Of a stretch of 64,000 bases of DNA, positions 59,913 to 64,000 are shown in pieces. Each line of letters opens with the position of its first letter. The stretch's first letter is position 1. The notes under the pieces are model-generated. The model was not told the origin of the DNA and ran no database searches. It was given only the letters and a program-made list of their open reading frames with translations. A program made the position numbers and the translations under genes. This stretch comes from an uncultured Candidatus Rokubacteria bacterium (GTDB lineage Bacteria > Methylomirabilota > Methylomirabilia > Rokubacteriales > CSP1-6), in contig CAVXJS010000009.1 of the NCBI GenBank assembly GCA_963762145.1, positions 822,410 through 886,409 of the forward strand. Direction: 5' to 3'.

Positions 59913-61442
59913 GTGGGAAAGCGCATCGTCGTCAACGCCGGTGTGACCGAAACTCGTCTCGCCGTCCAGGATGGAAATCTCCTCACCGAGCTGTACATCG
60001 AGCGCGCCGACCGGCGCTCCATCGTCGGGAACATCTACAAGGGCGTCGTCACCAACGTACTGCCCGGCATGCAGGCCGCGTTCGTGGACATCGGGCTCAG
60101 CAAGGACGCGTTCCTGTACGCGGGCGACTGCACCGCCAAGCTCAGGGCGGAGGACGGCCGCGCCGAGGGCGAGCACGAGATCGCCGACGGGGCGGACGAG
60201 GCCGAGGGGAAGCCGACGATGGCGGCGCGGCCGGCCGCGCCGGCGGCGATCGCCGCCCATCGAAGAGATGCTGCGCAAGGGCCAGGAGGTGCTCGTGCAG
60301 GTCTCGAAGGAGTCGCTCGGCACCAAGGGTGCGCGCGTCACGTCGTTCATCTCGCTCCCGGGCCGCTACCTCGTCTTCATGCCGCAGTCGCGCCACATCG
60401 GCGTGTCGCGCCGGATCCGGGACGACGCGGAGCGGGACCGGCTCCGGGCCATCGTCGGGGGCTGCCCGCGCAGTCCGGTGGCTTCATCGTGCGCACGGAC
60501 GCGAGGGCAAAGGCGAGGACGAGTTCCGCGCCGACGTGCGGTTCCTGAGCCGGCGTGGGACCAGGTCCAGCGCGCCCGAGGCGCCAAGGCGCCGTCCCTG
60601 CTCCACGCGGAGATGGACCTCACCTTCCGGGTCGTGCGCGACCTCTTCTCCCCCGAGGTCGAGGAGTTCCTCGTCGGCAGCCGAGCACTACGAGAAGTGC
60701 CTGGAGTACGTCAGCTAGCTCGTGCCCGAGCTCCCGACCGGGTAGAGCTGTGGACGAGGAGCCGACGCCGATCTTCGAGGCCCTCGGCATCGAGCGCGAG
60801 ATCGAGAAGACCTGCGGCGCAACGTGTGGCTCAAGTAGGGCGGCTACATCGTGATCGACCACACGGAGGCGCTCGTCACGATCGACGTCAACACCGGGAA
60901 GTACATGGGCAAGCACGACCTCGAGCAAACCATCCTCGCGTCAACCCGGAGGCGGTGAACGAGATCGTGCGCCAGCTCCGCCTCCGCGACATCGGCGGCA
61001 TCATCGTCATCGACTTCATCGACATGGAGTCCGCCGAGAATCGGGACCAGGTCTACCGCGCCCTCAAGCGTGCCCTTGCCGAGGACAAGGCGCGGACCAA
61101 CGTCCTCGAGATCTCGGAGCTCGGCCTGGTGGAGATGACGCGCAAGCGGGTGCGGCAGAGCCTGCAGTCGGTCTTGAGCGCGCCGTGCCCGACTTGCAAG
61201 GGCAGCGGGGTGACCAAGTCGGACGAGACCCTCGTCCGCGGAGATGTTCCGCAAGATCCGGCGCAGAGCCCGGAGGGCGCCGGCCGGGACATGGTGATCC
61301 GCGTGCATCCCGAGATGGCGAAGCACCTCGAGTCGAGCCAGCGCGACGGCCTCGAGAAGCTGCAGGCCCTCATCGGGCGGAAGATCGTGATCCAGGCGAT
61401 GGCGTCCTATCATCGCGAGCAGTACAGCTGATCGTCAAATAG
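59913..61442 (+). CDS. rng: RNase G, mirrored copy (frameshifts, internal stops)
   Basis: GNIYKGVV, RLRDIGGIIVIDFIDM. Confidence 0.8.
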
Positions 61443-61459
61443 CGCGGAGGCCGCGGCCC

Positions 61460-61813
61460 GTGACTCGACCCTCTCAGCATCAGCCGTGGCGTCATCCTCG
61501 AACAGCTCCGGCTGGCCGCCCGGAAGGGCGATCGCTCGGCCCTGACTCTCGCGGTCGACCAGATGAAGATTTGGTCGTGCTCGGCCCGGTACTGGCAGAA
61601 GTACATGCAGCTCCTGTCGCGCATCCCCTCGCGCGCCTCGTGGATCTGACCGTGATCAAGCGAGGACTCGGGCTGGCGCACCAGAAGGGGTGGGTGAAGC
61701 TCCCGCGTGAGCCGCGCAAGGTGAAGCCCAAGCGCGGGACGGGGAGCGCCGCGCCGCCGCCCCGCCGCCCGCACCCCGCGATCGCCCAGCCCTCTCTGTT
61801 CCCGGAGCTCTGA
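61460..61813 (+). CDS. Hypothetical protein ending QPSLFPEL, mirrored copy
   Basis: HPLARLVDLTVIK..HQKGWVK. Confidence 0.65.
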   Translation: MTRPSQHQPWRHPRTAPAGRPEGRSLGPDSRGRPDEDLVVLGPVLAEVHAAPVAHPLARLVDLTVIKRGLGLAHQKGWVKLPREPRKVKPKRGTGSAAPPPRRPHPAIAQPSLFPEL

Positions 61814-61855
61814 AACCGTCTCCGAAACCGCGTGGGTATAACCTGGGAGGGCGGA

Positions 61856-62620
61856 ATGCGACGGCGAAGCGCGATCGGTCTGGTCGGGGGACTCGCGGCG
61901 CTGGCCGCCGCGGCCCTCGTGCTGGTGCCGGCGATCCCCCAGGATCCCGCGTACCATCGCCTGGCGGACTCGCGCGCGTGGCTCGGCATCCCCAACGCCC
62001 TGAACGTGCTGTCCAACACGGGCTTCCTCCTGGTCGGCGCGCTGGGGCTGGCCTACGTGGCGGCCGGCGCGAGCCCCGCCTTCCGCGAGCCGGGCGAGCG
62101 GTGGCCGTACGTGGTCTTCTTCGGCGGCCTGCTCCTGACCGGATTCGGCTCCGCGTACTATCACTGGGAGCCGGGCAATGCCCGGCTGGCCTGGGATCGG
62201 CTCCCGCTGGCGATCACCCTGATGGGGCTCCTCGCCGCGACCATCGCGGAGCGGATCGGGGTGAAGAGCGGGCTTGTGGCTGCTGGGCCCCCTCGTCGCG
62301 CTGGCGGCCGGCTCCGTCATCTACTGGCACTGGACCGAGCAGCGGGGCGCGGGCGATCTCCGCCTCTACGCCCTGGTCCAGTTCTATCCGCTCGTGGCGA
62401 TCCCGCTCATGCTGTGGTGGCTGGCGCCCCGCTACACGAGCGGGGCGATCTCCTCGGCGGCCGCGGCGACCTACGCGGCGGCCGAGGGGGCGGGGCTGCC
62501 TGGACGGGTGGATTCTCTCGGCGACCCGCGTGGTGAGCGGGCACACGCTCAAACATCTGCTGGCCGCGCTGGCCGGGTACTGGGTGCTGCGCATGCTCGG
62601 GCACCACCAGGGCGGTCTAG
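61856..62620 (+). CDS. Alkaline-ceramidase-like protein, mirrored copy (frameshifts)
   Basis: IPQDPAYH, GSAYYHW, SGHTLKHL. Confidence 0.7.
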
Positions 62621-62638
62621 AGGGCGGGGACACGGACG

Positions 62639-62917
62639 ATGGAGAGCCAGGTGACGACGAAGGCGCTGGGCCGGCTGCGCCGGATCGAAGGCCAGGTGCA
62701 GGGTATCCAGCGGATGGTCGAGGAGGACAAGTCCTGCGTGGAGATCCTCCTCCAGCTGGCCGCGGTGCAGGGCGCGGTGGAGCAGGTGCAGAAGCTCTTG
62801 CTGGGCCAGCACCTCGAGACGTGCGTCGCGGAAGCGATCCGCGCACCGAGCTCGCGCGATCGCCAGCGGAAGGTGGACGAGCTGCTCGACGTCTTCTCGC
62901 GGTTCTCCGGGCGTTAG
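62639..62917 (+). CDS. csoR: CsoR family repressor, mirrored copy
   Basis: RLRRIEGQVQGIQRM..C..H..C. Confidence 0.85.
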   Translation: MESQVTTKALGRLRRIEGQVQGIQRMVEEDKSCVEILLQLAAVQGAVEQVQKLLLGQHLETCVAEAIRAPSSRDRQRKVDELLDVFSRFSGR

Positions 62918-62969
62918 GAGCGGTATGCTCGATCCGGTCACCCATAGCCTGCCGAAAGGAACGATGACG

Positions 62970-63116
62970 ATGGCCAAGGATCCGGTGTGTCAGATGGACG
63001 TGGAGCCGAAGCACGCCGCGGCGCAGTCGCAGTACCAGGGGCAGACGTATTACTTCTGCGCGTCCGGCTGCAAGGCAAAGTTCGACGCCGATCCCGGGAA
63101 ATATCTCCGCAAGTGA
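62970..63116 (+). CDS. YHS-domain protein, mirrored copy
   Basis: MAKDPVCQMDV..YYFCASGCK. Confidence 0.85.
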   Translation: MAKDPVCQMDVEPKHAAAQSQYQGQTYYFCASGCKAKFDADPGKYLRK

Positions 63117-64000
63117 TCGGGTCGCCGTTCCTCGCTGGCCGCGACCGGTACGAGCGGGTGACGGAGGGGTGGGTGGACAATACCCACGACACCGCCTTCA
63201 CCCACACCGTGCGGATGACCGATCCGGACCTGGGCGTCGAGGTCAGCCTGGTCGCGACCCCATCGCCCGGGTACGAGATGCAGTTCCGCGAGCGCCCGGG
63301 CGCTGGCGGGGGCCGACCCGGGCATCGCCGCGGATTTTCCGGGACTGGCCGGCACGCGAATGGTCGGTGGCTTCACCAAACGCCTGGCCGAGCTGTGCGG
63401 GACGGGCGACGAGGTGCGGGGGACTCTTCGTCGACGCGGGCATCGAGGTGGCCCGGCTGGCTCGCCAGGTCACCAAGCTGCCCGCGGCTGCCATCGCGGG
63501 GCTCGATCCGGGAGATGCGCTGGCAAGCTGGCGGCTCGACACGACCGGTTGGGTGGATCTCCCCGACTCCTGCTTCACGTACAGTGAGGCTGGCCACGCC
63601 CCTGTTGGGACCCGACCGGTCACCACGCCGATGGTGCCCGCGCTCTACTGCCCGCCTGTCGGCGCCCGGAAGCTCTTCACGAGGAAAAAGGTCGCGCGGC
63701 TGGTGCTCACCGATCGGCGCCTGCACCTCTTCCACTCGATGCACGACAACGTGCACGGCTTCGACCTGCACTACGAGCTGGACCTGGATCGGGGCACCGT
63801 GGTGGCCGCCGACTCGGTGACCTCGCGGCTGCCGTACGCCGGAATCTGCGGCGAGCCCCAGGGCAAGATCCGGTCGCTCCTGGACCAGCCGGTTGACGCG
63901 CTGCTCCGCAAGAAGATCCAGACCTCGCTCGGTGGAGGCTCTGGATGTGCTCAGCTCTATGACCTGACCGCCGACTTGCTGAAGCTGCTCTCGCTGTCGG
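63113..64000 (+). CDS. DUF2889-like protein, mirrored copy (frameshifts, runs off the window)
   Basis: IGSPFLAGRDRYER.. Confidence 0.65.

Noticed and set aside
60714-60840. TAG readthrough or recoding in the mirrored rng
   Set aside because: The left copy has sense codons at the equivalent sites and the segment is error-rich.

Overview
High-GC bacterial sequence. Gene content and the double-zinc-ribbon gene start suggest Ca. Rokubacteria/Methylomirabilota (inference), probably from a long-read metagenome assembly. It has three zones. (1) 1-22.5 kb is a frameshift-rich accessory region: a glycan-type cluster (four paralogues of one uncharacterised GT-B-like family, an APH-like kinase, an ABC exporter, a pyruvyl-transferase-like protein, GT2s, a glycoside-hydrolase-like/GT2 fusion), then an IS91-family element and a small integrase/excisionase element next to tRNA-Leu(GAG). 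(2) 22.6-50.5 kb is clean core genome: oppCBA, secG, tpiA, pgk, gap, comF, lapB-like, dksA-like, rsfS, nadD, proAB, obgE, rpmA, rplU, ECF/TetR, DUF2889/YHS/CsoR, rng, rodA-mrdA-mreDCB, ppa, two csp genes and comEA-like. (3) 51.3-64 kb is an inverted, error-rich, partly diverged mirror of 38.6-51.26 kb, most likely a fold-back or strain-mosaic artefact, but usable as a second homologue. The best candidate for novelty is a ~340-nt structured RNA (about 50148 to 49810, minus strand) with its own promoter and terminator. Its invariant core is antisense to the last ~40 nt of 16S rRNA (anti-SD plus helix 45) and overlaps a 13-codon micro-ORF. Coordinates of frameshifted genes are approximate, and all family calls come from motif recognition by eye, not database searches.
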